DNA from: Eledone cirrhosa
Taxonomy: Eukaryota
DNA length: 64,000 nucleotides
Assembly: GCA_964016885.1 (NCBI GenBank)
Contig: OZ024743.1
Span: 372,248,001 to 372,312,000, forward strand
Reading direction: 5' to 3'
How positions within the stretch are numbered: the first letter of the stretch is position 1; each line of letters opens with the position of its first letter. This document shows, one piece after another, positions 8,631-24,900 of the stretch. The notes under the pieces were generated by a model. It worked only from the letters and a program-made list of their open reading frames with translations, ran no database searches and had not been told where the DNA came from. Made by a program: the position numbers and the translations under genes.

Positions 8631-9970
8631 AGACGGAAGACAATACAGATTATTGGATCAGCAGGAAAAAATGCTGAAAGAGCACATCAGTGAAAAAATA
8701 ATTGAGCAGAAGGATGCATGCAAGAAAAAAATGAGGCGCTAAGGGCCGTGTTGAGCCGCTGTGTCAAATGACTAGCTGTTTTGTAGTTTATACGTGACCA
8801 CCAAAGGTCTAACAGAAAATGGATAAAGTCTGACATGGGCGAAGTTGCTGTTCTGGCATTAAATGTTAATGGTAAGTATTGTACCAGTAGCTGTGGATGA
8901 AGCTATTATGGTAGTTTACCAGTGCTGGCAAGAAGATGATGGGTAGGCGAGAAAATGTCGGCCTCCCAGATGTATTGCCGAAAGTGCTAGGGAGCCAGGA
9001 AAAAATGTCTGGTTGCTTTGAAAAGAAAAAAAGCAATTTGAATCTGTAGGTGGGTAGTAGTTGCAGTGTAAATTCCATAATTCCGGCGAATCCACAGAAG
9101 TGGTGTAAATGCTGACAAGTCCAGTTCTATTTGTTGTTTTTCCAGTGAGTCGGGTAAGGTAACAAGATGGAGGTTGTTATGGACGATGAGTGTGCAACGA
9201 GATGCGAAACTGTTTGAGTTCAGCTGCAATTAGCATTCTCGTGTTGTGGTGCCTGTTTGAATCCAGGTGAATTAAGCTCTATGAGTCGCTAGCATGTGAC
9301 GGCACTTCAACCAGGTGAAAAGGGATCTCGCAGAATATTACGTTTGAAGAACATATACTAAGAACAACAACAAGTTGGTGGGTGACAAAGAAATGTGTGC
9401 ATATGCAGGCATGTAATACAGCAAAGAAAATGTGTGGGTGCAGTCATATATACAATGATAAAGAAAATGATGCAGTCATATGTACAATGATAGAAAAAAA
9501 TGAATTTCCATATAATACAGTTTAAAAAAAATAAATATCCAAAATAAATGCCTGAAAAAAAAAAAAAGGAAGAAAGAAAGAATTGTTTCTTTTCTTTTAA
9601 CAAAAAGTTCGCTTTTCTTTTCTTTGAAATTTCTTTGGGATCGCTCTTACTAGGGAGCTAGTAGAGTTGTTGTTAAAGCAAAGTCACAATGAATCGTCTG
9701 TAGAATCGAAGTCGAGCGTTGAAGAGCCTAGAGTCGCCAATATGGCAGTCACGTCTGAGGCCGTAGTGGTGAGAAGACTGCTGTCTTAATTTCTCGAGTC
9801 CCTGTGGTAATAAGACAGAAGGTATGGTGGTTGCGTCGGTAAAGTTACAAGCTGCCACATCGCCATTCCCTGGTGTTGGTTAGTAGATAACAATGTGTTG
9901 TCGCTGCTGCTGATGTATTTGGTAGTGGTGATAGCCATTTGCTGCTGCTGATGGCTGGTAGTAGAGAAGT
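8631..9970 (-). mobile_element. Possible highly decayed or non-autonomous internal region of the LTR element
   Basis: Lies upstream of the PPT. Only faint pol-like peptides are visible (FYRRFI near 9690-9707; SPGFK near 9260-9275; FAHV near 8832-8843) and there is no continuous domain. Confidence 0.3.
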
Positions 9971-12900
9971 ACTGTGTCAACACCATAGTCACAACTACTG
10001 TAAGACCACTGTATCAACACCATAGTCACAACTACTGTAAGACCACTGTATCAACACAATAGTAACAACTACTGTAAGACCACTGTATCAACACCATAGG
10101 CATAACTACCGTAAGACCAATGTATCAACACCATAGCCATAACTACTGTAAGATCACTGTATCAACAGAACAGTCAACCTTACTGTAAGACCACTGTAAG
10201 ACCACTGTATCAACACCATAGTCACAACTACTGTAAGATCACTGTATCAACACCATAGTCACAACTACTGTAAGACCACTGTATCAACACCATAGTCACA
10301 ACTACTGTAAGGCAACTGTATCAACACCACAGTCACAACTACTGTAAGACTACTGTATCAACACCATAGTCATAACTACTGTAAGACCACTGTATCAACA
10401 CCATAGTCATAACTACTGTAAGACCACTGTGTCAACACCATAGTCGCAACTACTGTAAGACCACTGTATCAACACCATAGTCATAACTACTGTAAGACCA
10501 CTGTGTCAACACCATAGTCGCAACTACTGTAAGACCACTGTATCAACACCATAGTCGCAACTACTGTAAGACCACTGTATCAACACCATAGTTACAACTA
10601 CTGTAAGACCACTGTATCAACACCATAGTCGCAACTACTGTAAGACCACTGTATCAACACCATAGTCACAACTACTGTAAGACAACTGTATCAACACCAT
10701 AGTCGCAACTACTGTAAGACCACTGTATCAACACCATAGTCATAACTACTGTAAGACCACTGTATCAACACCACAGCCACAACTACTGTAAGTCCACTGT
10801 ATCAACACCATAGTCACAACTAATGTAAGACTACTGAATCAACACCTCAGTCACAACTACTGTAAGACCACTGTATCAACACCACAGTCACAACTACTGT
10901 AAGACCACTGTGTCAACACCTTCGTCATAACTACTGTAAGACCACTGTATCAACACCATAGTCATAACTACTGAAAGTCCTCTCTATCAACACCATAGTT
11001 ACACCTACTGTAAGACCACTGTATCAACACCATAGTCAGAACTACTGTAAGACCACTGTATCAATACCACAGCCACAACTACTCTGAGACCACTGTATCA
11101 ACACCATAGTCACAACTACTGTAAGACCAATGTATCAACACCACAGACACAACTACTGTAGGACCACTGTAAGAACATCATGGTCACAACCACTGTAAGA
11201 CCACTGTATCAACACCACAGTCACAACTACTCTAAGACCACTGTATCAACACCATAGTCACAACTACTGTAAGACCACTGTATAAACACCACAGTCACAA
11301 CTACTGTAAGTTCACTGTATCAACACCATAGTCACAACTACTGTAAGACCACTGTATCAACACCATAATCACAACTACTGTAAGACCACTGTATCAACAC
11401 CATAGTCACAACTACTGTAAGACCACTGTATCAACACCACAGTCACAACTACTGTATGACCACTGTATCCACACCATAGTCACAACTACTGTAAGACCAA
11501 TGTATCAACACCATAGTTACAACTACTGTAAGACCACTGTATCAACACCACAGTCACAACTACTGTAAGACCACTGTATCAACACCCCACTCACAACTAC
11601 TGTCAGACCACTGTATCAACACCACAGTCACAACTACTGTAAGACCACTGTATCAACACCATAGTCACAACTACTGTAAGACCATGTATCAACAACACAG
11701 TCACAACTACTCTAAGACCACTGTATCAACACCACAGTCACAACTACTGTAAGACCACTGTATTAACACCACAGTCACAACTATTGTAAGACCACTGTAT
11801 CATCACCATAGTCATAACTACTGTAAGACCACTGTATCAACACCACAGTCACAACTACTGTAAGACCACTGTATCAACACCATAGTCACAATTAATGTAA
11901 GACCACTGTATCCACACCATAGTCACAACTACTGTAAGAACACTGTATCAACACCATAGTCACAACTACTGTAAGAACACTGTATCAACACCATAGTTAC
12001 AACTGCTGTAAGACAATTGTATCAACACCACAGTCATAACGACTGTAAGACCACTGTATCCACACCATAGTCACAACTACTGTAAGAACACTGTATCAAC
12101 ACCATAGTTACAACTACTGTACGACCACTGTATCAACACCACAGTCACAACTACTGTAAGACCACTGTATCAACACCACACTCACAACTACTGTAAGACC
12201 ACTGTATCAACACAACAGTCACAACTACTGTAAGACCACTGAATCAACACCATAGTCACAACTACTGTAAGACCACTGTATCAACAACACAGCCACAACT
12301 ACTCTAAGACCACTGTTTCAACACCACAGTCACAACTACTGTAAGCCCACAGTATCAGCACCATAGTCATAACTACTGTAAGACCACTGTATGAACACCA
12401 TAGTCACAACTACTGTAAGACAACTGTATCAACACCATAGTCATAACTACCGTAAGACCACTGTATCAACACCATAGTCATAACTACTGTAAGACCACTG
12501 TATCAACACCATAGTCACAACTACTGTAAGACCACTGTATCAACACCATAGTCATAACTACCGTAAGACCACTGTATCAACACCATAGTCATAACTACTG
12601 TACGACCACTGTATCAACACCATAGTCATAACTACTGTAAGACCACTGTATCAACACCATGGTCATAAATACTGAAAGTCCTCTGTATCAACACCATAGT
12701 CACAACTACTGTAAGACCACTGTATCAACACCACAGCCACAACTACTGTAAGACCACTGTATCAACACCACAGTCACAACTATTGTAAGACCACTGTATC
12801 ATCAGCATAGTCATAACTACTGTAAGACTACTGTATCAACACCATAGTCACAACTACTGTAAGATCACTGTATCAACACCATAGTCATAACTACTGTAAG

Positions 12901-15900
12901 ACCACTGTATCAACACCATAGTCACAACTACTGTAAGACCACTGTATCAACACCATAGTAACAACTACTGTAAGACCACTGTATCAACACCATAGTCATA
13001 ACTACCGTAAGACAACTGTATCAACACCATAGTCATAACTACTGTAAGACCACTGTGTCAACACCTTAGTCATAACTACTGTAAGACCACTGTATCAACA
13101 CCATAGTCACAACTACTGTAAGACCACTGTATCAACACCATAGTCACACCTACTGTAAGATCACTGTATCAACACCATAGTCACAACTACTGTAAGGCCA
13201 CTGTATCAACACCACAGTCACAACTACTGTAAGACCACTGTATCAACACCATAGTCACAACTACTGTAAGACCACTGTATCAACACCACAGTCACAACTA
13301 TTTTAAGACCACTGTATCATCACCATAGTCACAACTACTGTAAGATCACTGTATCAACACCATAGTCACAACTACTGTAAAATCACTGCATCAACACCAT
13401 AGTCATAACTACTGTAAGACCACTGTATCAACACCATAGTCACAACTACTGTAAGACCACTGTATCAACAACATAGTAACAACTACTGTAAGACCACTGT
13501 ATCAACACCATAGTCATAACTACCGTAAGACAACTGTATCAACACCATAGTCATAACTACTGTAAGACCACTGTATCAACAGAACAGTCTCAACTACTGT
13601 AAGACCACTGTATCAACACCATAGTCACACCTGCTGTAAGATCACTGTATCAACACCATAGTCACAACTACTGTAAGGCCATTGTATCAACCCCACAGTC
13701 ACAACTACTGTAAGACCACTGTATCAACACCATAGTCACAACTACTGTAAGACCACTGTATCAACACCACAGTCACACCTACTGTAAGATCAATGTATCA
13801 ACACCATAGTCACAACTACTGTAAGGCCACTGTATCAACACCACAGTCACAACTACTGTAAGACCACTGTATCAACACCATAGTCACAACTACTGTAAGA
13901 TCACTGTATCAACACCATAGTCACAACTACTGTAAGTCCACTGTATCAACACCATAGTCACAACTACTGTAAGACTACTGAATCAACACCTCAGTCACAA
14001 CTACTGTAAGACCACTGTATCAACACCTTAGTCACAACTACTGTAAGACCACTGTATCAACACCATAGTCACACCTACTGTAACATCACTGTATCAACAC
14101 CATAGTCACAACTACTGTAAGGCCACTGTATCAACACCACAGTCACAACTACTGTAAGACCACTGTATCAACACCATAGTCACAACTACTGTAAGACCAC
14201 TGTATCAACACCACAGTCACAACTACTGTAAGTCCACTGTATCAACACCATAGTGACAACTACTGTAAGACTAATGAATCAACACCTCAGTCACAACTAC
14301 TGTAAGACCACTGTATCAACACCTTAGTCATAACTACTGTAAGACCACTGTATCAACACCTTAGTCATAACTACTGAAAGTCCTCTCTATCAACACCACA
14401 ACCACAACTACTCTAAGACCACTGTATCAACACCACACTCACAACTACTGTAAGACCACTGTAAGAACACCATAGTCACAACTACTGTAAGACCACTGTA
14501 TCAACACCACAGTCACAACTACTCTAAGACCACTGTATCAACACCATAGTCACAACTACTGTAAGACCACTGTATGAACACCATAATCACAACTTCTGTA
14601 AGACCACTGTATCAACACCATAGTCATAACTACCGTAAGACCACTGTATCAACACCATAGTCATAACTACTGTAAGACCACTGTATCAACACCATAGTCA
14701 CAACTACTGTAAGACCACTGTATCAACACCATAGTCATAACTACTGTAAGACCACTGTATCAACACCATGGTCATAAATACTGAAAGTCCTCTGATCAAC
14801 ACCATAGTCACAACTACTGTAAGACCACTGTATCAACACCATAGTCATAACTACCGTAAGACCACTGTATCAACACCATAGTCATAACTACTGTACGACC
14901 ACTGTATCAACACCATAGTCATAACTACTGTAGGACCACTGTATCAACACCATGGTCATAAATACTGAAAGTCCTCTGTATCAACACCACAGCCACAACT
15001 ACTGTAAGACCACTGTATCAACACCACAGTCACAACTATTTTAAGACCACTGTATCATCACCATAGTCATAACTACTGTAAGACTACTGTATCAACACCA
15101 TAGTCACAACTACTGTAAGATCACTGTATCAACACCATAGTCACAACTACTGTAAAATCACTGTATCAACACCATAGACATAACTACTGTAAGACCACTG
15201 TATCAACACCATAGTCACAACTACTGTAAGACCACTGTATCAACACCATAGTCATAACTACCGTAAGACAACTGTATCAACACCATAGTCATAACTACTG
15301 TAAGACCACTGTATCAACAGAACAGTCACAACTACTGTAAGACCACTGTATCAACACCATAGTCACAACTACTGTAAGACCACTGTATCAACACCACAGT
15401 CACACCTACTGTAAGATCACTGTATCAACACCATAGTCACAACTACTGTAAGACCACTGTATCAACAACACAGTCACAACTACTCTAAGACCACTGTATC
15501 AACACCACAGTCACAACTACTGTAAGACCACTATATTAACACCACAGTCACAACTATTGTAAGACCACTGTATCATCACCATAGTCATAACTACTGTAAG
15601 ACCACTGTATCAACACCACAGTCACAACTACTGTAAGACCACTGTATCAACACCATAATCACAACTACTGTAAGACCACTGTATCCACACCATAGTCACA
15701 ACTACTGTAAGAACACTGTATCAACACCATAGTCATAACTACTGTAAGACCACTGTATGAACACCATAATCACAACTACTGTAAGACCACTGTATCAACA
15801 CCATAGTCATAACTACCGTAAGACCACTGTATCAACACCATAGTCATAACTACTGTAAGACCACTGTATCAACACCATAGTCACAACTACTGTAAGACCA

Positions 15901-18900
15901 CTGTATGAACACCATAGTCACAACTACTGTAAGACCACTGTATCAACACCACAGTCACAACTACTGTAAGACCACTGTATCAACACCTTAGTCATAACTA
16001 CTGTAAGACCACTGTATCAACACCATAGTCATAACTACTGAAAGTCCTCTCTATCAACACCACAGCCACAACTACTCTAAGACCACTGTATCAACACCAC
16101 AGTCACAACTACTGTAAGACCACTGTAAGCACACCATAGTCACAACTACTGTAAGACCACTGTATCAACACCACAGTCACAACTAGAGTAAGACCACTGT
16201 ATGAACACCATAATCACAACTACTGTAAGACCACTGTATCAACACCATAGTCATAACTACCGTAAGACCACTGTATCAACACCATAGTCATAACTACTGT
16301 AAGACCACTGTATCAACACCATAGTCACAACTACTGTAAGACCACTGTATCAACACCATAATCATAACTACCGTAAGACCACTGTATCAATACCATAGTC
16401 ATAAATACTGTACGACCACTGTATCAACACCATAGTCATAACTACTGTAAGACCACTGTATCAACACCATAGTCACAACTACTGTAAGACCACTGTATCA
16501 ACACCACAGTCACAACTACTGTAAGTCCACTGTATCAACACCATAGTCACAACTACTGTAAGACTACTGAATCAACACCACAGTCACAACTACTGTAAGA
16601 CCACTGTGTCAACACCTTAGTCATAACTACTGTAAGACCACTGTATCAACACCATAGTCATAACTACTGAAAGACTACTGAATCAACACCTCAGTCACAA
16701 CTACTGTAAGACCACTGTATCAACACCTTAGTCACAACTACTGTAAGACCACTGTATCAACACCATAGTCACACCTACTGTAACATCACTGTATCAACAC
16801 CATAGTCACAACTACTGTAAGGCCACTGTATCAACACCACAGTCACAACTACTGTAAGTCCACTGTATCAACACCATAGTCACAACTACTGTAAGACTAC
16901 TGAATCAACACCTCAGTCACAACTACTGTAAGACCACTGTATCAACACCACAGTCACAACTACTGTAAGACCACTGTGTCAACACCTTAGTCATAACTAC
17001 TGTAAGACCACTGTATCAACACCATAGTCATAACTACTGAAAGTCTTCTCTATCAAAACCATAGTTACAACTACTGTAAGACCACTGTATCAACACCATA
17101 GTCACAACTACTGTAAGACCACTGTATCAACACCATAGTCATAACTACTGTAAGACCACTGTATCAATACCACAGCCACAACTACTCTGAGACCACTGTA
17201 TCAACACCATAGTCACAACTACTGTAAGACCACTGTAAGAATATCATGGTCACAACCACTGTAAGACGACTGTATCAACACCACAGTCACAACTATTTTA
17301 AGACCACTGTATCATCACCATAGTCACAACTACTGTAAGATCACTGTATCAACACCATAGTCACAACTACTGTAAAATCACTGTATCAACACCATAGTCA
17401 TAACTACTGTAAGACCACTGTATCAACACCATAGTCACAACTACTGTAAGACCACTGTATCAACAACATAGTAACAACTACTGTAAGACCACTGTATCAA
17501 CACCATAGTCATAACTACCGTAAGACAACTGTATCAACACCATAGTCATAACTACTGTAAGACCACTGTATCAACAGAACAGTCTCAACTACTGTAAGAC
17601 CACTGTATCAACACCATAGTCACACCTGCTGTAAGATCACTGTATCAACACCATAGTCACAACTACTGTAAGGCCACTGTTTCAACACCACAGTCACAAC
17701 TACTGTAAGACCACTGTATCAACACTATAGTCACAACTAATGTAAGACCACTGTATCAACACCACAGTCACACCTACTGTAAGATCAATGTATCAACACC
17801 ATAGTCACAACTACTGTAAGACTACTGAATCAACACCTCAGTCACAACTACTGTAAGACCTCTGTATCAACACCTTAGTCACAACTACTGTAAGACCACT
17901 GTATCAACACCATAGTCACACCTACTGTAACATCACTGTATCAACACCATAGTCACAACTACTGTAAGTCCACTGTATCAACACCATAGTCACAACTACT
18001 GTAAGACTACTGAATCAACACCTCAGTCACAACTACTGTAAGACCACTGTATAAACACCTTAGTCATAACTACTGTAAGACCACTGTATCAACACCATAG
18101 TCATAACTACTGAAAGTCCTCTCTATCAACACCACAACCACAACTACTCTAAGACCACTGTCTCAACACCACAGTCACAACTACTGTAAGACCACTGTAA
18201 GAACACCATAGTCACAACTACTGTAAGACCACTGTATCAACACCACAGTCACAACTACTCTAAGACCACTGTATCAACACCATAGTCACAACTACTGTAA
18301 GATCACTGTATCAACACCATAGTCACAACTACTGTAAGACCACTGTATCAACACCATAGTCACAACTACTGTAAGGCAACTGTATCAACACCACAGTCAC
18401 AACTACTGTAAGACTACTGTATCAACACCATAGTCATAACTACTGTAAGACCACTGTATCAACACCATAGTCATAACTACTGTAAGACCACTGTGTCAAC
18501 ACCATAGTCGCAACTACTGTAAGACCACTGTATCAACACCATAGTCATAACTACTGTAAGACCACTGTGTCAACACCATAGTCGCAACTACTGTAAGACC
18601 ACTGTATCAACACCATAGTCGCAACTACTGTAAGACCACTGTATCAACACCATAGTTACAACTACTGTAAGACCACTGTATCAACACCATAGTCGCAACT
18701 ACTGTAAGACCACTGTATCAACACCATAGTCACAACTACTGTAAGACAACTGTATCAACACCATAGTCGCAACTACTGTAAGACCACTGTATCAACACCA
18801 TAGTCATAACTACTGTAAGACCACTGTATCAACACCACAGCCACAACTACTGTAAGTCCACTGTATCAACACCATAGTCACAACTAATGTAAGACTACTG

Positions 18901-21900
18901 AATCAACACCTCAGTCACAACTACTGTAAGACCACTGTATCAACACCACAGTCACAACTACTGTAAGACCACTGTGTCAACACCTTCGTCATAACTACTG
19001 TAAGACCACTGTATCAACACCATAGTCATAACTACTGAAAGTCCTCTCTATCAACACCATAGTTACACCTACTGTAAGACCACTGTATCAACACCATAGT
19101 CAGAACTACTGTAAGACCACTGTATCAATACCACAGCCACAACTACTCTGAGACCACTGTATCAACACCATAGTCACAACTACTGTAAGACCAATGTATC
19201 AACACCACAGACACAACTACTGTAGGACCACTGTAAGAACATCATGGTCACAACCACTGTAAGACCACTGTATCAACACCACAGTCACAACTACTCTAAG
19301 ACCACTGTATCAACACCATAGTCACAACTACTGTAAGACCACTGTATAAACACCACAGTCACAACTACTGTAAGTTCACTGTATCAACACCATAGTCACA
19401 ACTACTGTAAGACCACTGTATCAACACCATAATCACAACTACTGTAAGACCACTGTATCAACACCATAGTCACAACTACTGTAAGACCACTGTATCAACA
19501 CCACAGTCACAACTACTGTATGACCACTGTATCCACACCATAGTCACAACTACTGTAAGACCAATGTATCAACACCATAGTTACAACTACTGTAAGACCA
19601 CTGTATCAACACCACAGTCACAACTACTGTAAGACCACTGTATCAACACCCCACTCACAACTACTGTCAGACCACTGTATCAACACCACAGTCACAACTA
19701 CTGTAAGACCACTGTATCAACACCATAGTCACAACTACTGTAAGACCATGTATCAACAACACAGTCACAACTACTCTAAGACCACTGTATCAACACCACA
19801 GTCACAACTACTGTAAGACCACTGTATTAACACCACAGTCACAACTATTGTAAGACCACTGTATCATCACCATAGTCATAACTACTGTAAGACCACTGTA
19901 TCAACACCACAGTCACAACTACTGTAAGACCACTGTATCAACACCATAGTCACAATTAATGTAAGACCACTGTATCCACACCATAGTCACAACTACTGTA
20001 AGAACACTGTATCAACACCATAGTCACAACTACTGTAAGAACACTGTATCAACACCATAGTTACAACTGCTGTAAGACAATTGTATCAACACCACAGTCA
20101 TAACGACTGTAAGACCACTGTATCCACACCATAGTCACAACTACTGTAAGAACACTGTATCAACACCATAGTTACAACTACTGTACGACCACTGTATCAA
20201 CACCACAGTCACAACTACTGTAAGACCACTGTATCAACACCACACTCACAACTACTGTAAGACCACTGTATCAACACAACAGTCACAACTACTGTAAGAC
20301 CACTGAATCAACACCATAGTCACAACTACTGTAAGACCACTGTATCAACAACACAGCCACAACTACTCTAAGACCACTGTTTCAACACCACAGTCACAAC
20401 TACTGTAAGCCCACAGTATCAGCACCATAGTCATAACTACTGTAAGACCACTGTATGAACACCATAGTCACAACTACTGTAAGACAACTGTATCAACACC
20501 ATAGTCATAACTACCGTAAGACCACTGTATCAACACCATAGTCATAACTACTGTAAGACCACTGTATCAACACCATAGTCACAACTACTGTAAGACCACT
20601 GTATCAACACCATAGTCATAACTACCGTAAGACCACTGTATCAACACCATAGTCATAACTACTGTACGACCACTGTATCAACACCATAGTCATAACTACT
20701 GTAAGACCACTGTATCAACACCATGGTCATAAATACTGAAAGTCCTCTGTATCAACACCATAGTCACAACTACTGTAAGACCACTGTATCAACACCACAG
20801 CCACAACTACTGTAAGACCACTGTATCAACACCACAGTCACAACTATTGTAAGACCACTGTATCATCAGCATAGTCATAACTACTGTAAGACTACTGTAT
20901 CAACACCATAGTCACAACTACTGTAAGATCACTGTATCAACACCATAGTCATAACTACTGTAAGACCACTGTATCAACACCATAGTCACAACTACTGTAA
21001 GACCACTGTATCAACACCATAGTAACAACTACTGTAAGACCACTGTATCAACACCATAGTCATAACTACCGTAAGACAACTGTATCAACACCATAGTCAT
21101 AACTACTGTAAGACCACTGTGTCAACACCTTAGTCATAACTACTGTAAGACCACTGTATCAACACCATAGTCACAACTACTGTAAGACCACTGTATCAAC
21201 ACCATAGTCACACCTACTGTAAGATCACTGTATCAACACCATAGTCACAACTACTGTAAGGCCACTGTATCAACACCACAGTCACAACTACTGTAAGACC
21301 ACTGTATCAACACCATAGTCACAACTACTGTAAGACCACTGTATCAACACCACAGTCACAACTATTTTAAGACCACTGTATCATCACCATAGTCACAACT
21401 ACTGTAAGATCACTGTATCAACACCATAGTCACAACTACTGTAAAATCACTGCATCAACACCATAGTCATAACTACTGTAAGACCACTGTATCAACACCA
21501 TAGTCACAACTACTGTAAGACCACTGTATCAACAACATAGTAACAACTACTGTAAGACCACTGTATCAACACCATAGTCATAACTACCGTAAGACAACTG
21601 TATCAACACCATAGTCATAACTACTGTAAGACCACTGTATCAACAGAACAGTCTCAACTACTGTAAGACCACTGTATCAACACCATAGTCACACCTGCTG
21701 TAAGATCACTGTATCAACACCATAGTCACAACTACTGTAAGGCCATTGTATCAACCCCACAGTCACAACTACTGTAAGACCACTGTATCAACACCATAGT
21801 CACAACTACTGTAAGACCACTGTATCAACACCACAGTCACACCTACTGTAAGATCAATGTATCAACACCATAGTCACAACTACTGTAAGGCCACTGTATC

Positions 21901-24900
21901 AACACCACAGTCACAACTACTGTAAGACCACTGTATCAACACCATAGTCACAACTACTGTAAGATCACTGTATCAACACCATAGTCACAACTACTGTAAG
22001 TCCACTGTATCAACACCATAGTCACAACTACTGTAAGACTACTGAATCAACACCTCAGTCACAACTACTGTAAGACCACTGTATCAACACCTTAGTCACA
22101 ACTACTGTAAGACCACTGTATCAACACCATAGTCACACCTACTGTAACATCACTGTATCAACACCATAGTCACAACTACTGTAAGGCCACTGTATCAACA
22201 CCACAGTCACAACTACTGTAAGACCACTGTATCAACACCATAGTCACAACTACTGTAAGACCACTGTATCAACACCACAGTCACAACTACTGTAAGTCCA
22301 CTGTATCAACACCATAGTGACAACTACTGTAAGACTAATGAATCAACACCTCAGTCACAACTACTGTAAGACCACTGTATCAACACCTTAGTCATAACTA
22401 CTGTAAGACCACTGTATCAACACCTTAGTCATAACTACTGAAAGTCCTCTCTATCAACACCACAACCACAACTACTCTAAGACCACTGTATCAACACCAC
22501 ACTCACAACTACTGTAAGACCACTGTAAGAACACCATAGTCACAACTACTGTAAGACCACTGTATCAACACCACAGTCACAACTACTCTAAGACCACTGT
22601 ATCAACACCATAGTCACAACTACTGTAAGACCACTGTATGAACACCATAATCACAACTTCTGTAAGACCACTGTATCAACACCATAGTCATAACTACCGT
22701 AAGACCACTGTATCAACACCATAGTCATAACTACTGTAAGACCACTGTATCAACACCATAGTCACAACTACTGTAAGACCACTGTATCAACACCATAGTC
22801 ATAACTACTGTAAGACCACTGTATCAACACCATGGTCATAAATACTGAAAGTCCTCTGATCAACACCATAGTCACAACTACTGTAAGACCACTGTATCAA
22901 CACCATAGTCATAACTACCGTAAGACCACTGTATCAACACCATAGTCATAACTACTGTACGACCACTGTATCAACACCATAGTCATAACTACTGTAGGAC
23001 CACTGTATCAACACCATGGTCATAAATACTGAAAGTCCTCTGTATCAACACCACAGCCACAACTACTGTAAGACCACTGTATCAACACCACAGTCACAAC
23101 TATTTTAAGACCACTGTATCATCACCATAGTCATAACTACTGTAAGACTACTGTATCAACACCATAGTCACAACTACTGTAAGATCACTGTATCAACACC
23201 ATAGTCACAACTACTGTAAAATCACTGTATCAACACCATAGACATAACTACTGTAAGACCACTGTATCAACACCATAGTCACAACTACTGTAAGACCACT
23301 GTATCAACACCATAGTCATAACTACCGTAAGACAACTGTATCAACACCATAGTCATAACTACTGTAAGACCACTGTATCAACAGAACAGTCACAACTACT
23401 GTAAGACCACTGTATCAACACCATAGTCACAACTACTGTAAGACCACTGTATCAACACCACAGTCACACCTACTGTAAGATCACTGTATCAACACCATAG
23501 TCACAACTACTGTAAGACCACTGTATCAACAACACAGTCACAACTACTCTAAGACCACTGTATCAACACCACAGTCACAACTACTGTAAGACCACTATAT
23601 TAACACCACAGTCACAACTATTGTAAGACCACTGTATCATCACCATAGTCATAACTACTGTAAGACCACTGTATCAACACCACAGTCACAACTACTGTAA
23701 GACCACTGTATCAACACCATAATCACAACTACTGTAAGACCACTGTATCCACACCATAGTCACAACTACTGTAAGAACACTGTATCAACACCATAGTCAT
23801 AACTACTGTAAGACCACTGTATGAACACCATAATCACAACTACTGTAAGACCACTGTATCAACACCATAGTCATAACTACCGTAAGACCACTGTATCAAC
23901 ACCATAGTCATAACTACTGTAAGACCACTGTATCAACACCATAGTCACAACTACTGTAAGACCACTGTATGAACACCATAGTCACAACTACTGTAAGACC
24001 ACTGTATCAACACCACAGTCACAACTACTGTAAGACCACTGTATCAACACCTTAGTCATAACTACTGTAAGACCACTGTATCAACACCATAGTCATAACT
24101 ACTGAAAGTCCTCTCTATCAACACCACAGCCACAACTACTCTAAGACCACTGTATCAACACCACAGTCACAACTACTGTAAGACCACTGTAAGCACACCA
24201 TAGTCACAACTACTGTAAGACCACTGTATCAACACCACAGTCACAACTAGAGTAAGACCACTGTATGAACACCATAATCACAACTACTGTAAGACCACTG
24301 TATCAACACCATAGTCATAACTACCGTAAGACCACTGTATCAACACCATAGTCATAACTACTGTAAGACCACTGTATCAACACCATAGTCACAACTACTG
24401 TAAGACCACTGTATCAACACCATAATCATAACTACCGTAAGACCACTGTATCAATACCATAGTCATAAATACTGTACGACCACTGTATCAACACCATAGT
24501 CATAACTACTGTAAGACCACTGTATCAACACCATAGTCACAACTACTGTAAGACCACTGTATCAACACCACAGTCACAACTACTGTAAGTCCACTGTATC
24601 AACACCATAGTCACAACTACTGTAAGACTACTGAATCAACACCACAGTCACAACTACTGTAAGACCACTGTGTCAACACCTTAGTCATAACTACTGTAAG
24701 ACCACTGTATCAACACCATAGTCATAACTACTGAAAGACTACTGAATCAACACCTCAGTCACAACTACTGTAAGACCACTGTATCAACACCTTAGTCACA
24801 ACTACTGTAAGACCACTGTATCAACACCATAGTCACACCTACTGTAACATCACTGTATCAACACCATAGTCACAACTACTGTAAGGCCACTGTATCAACA

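Noticed and set aside
9870-9970. Inverted satellite units next to the array start
   Set aside because: The stretch is G/T-rich and shares only TGGTGTTG with the reverse-complement monomer, which is too short to be meaningful.
8866-9992. Intact gag/pol or host exons in minus-strand ORFs of 61-81 aa
   Set aside because: Only isolated 4-6 residue resemblances; no continuous domain can be supported without a translated search.
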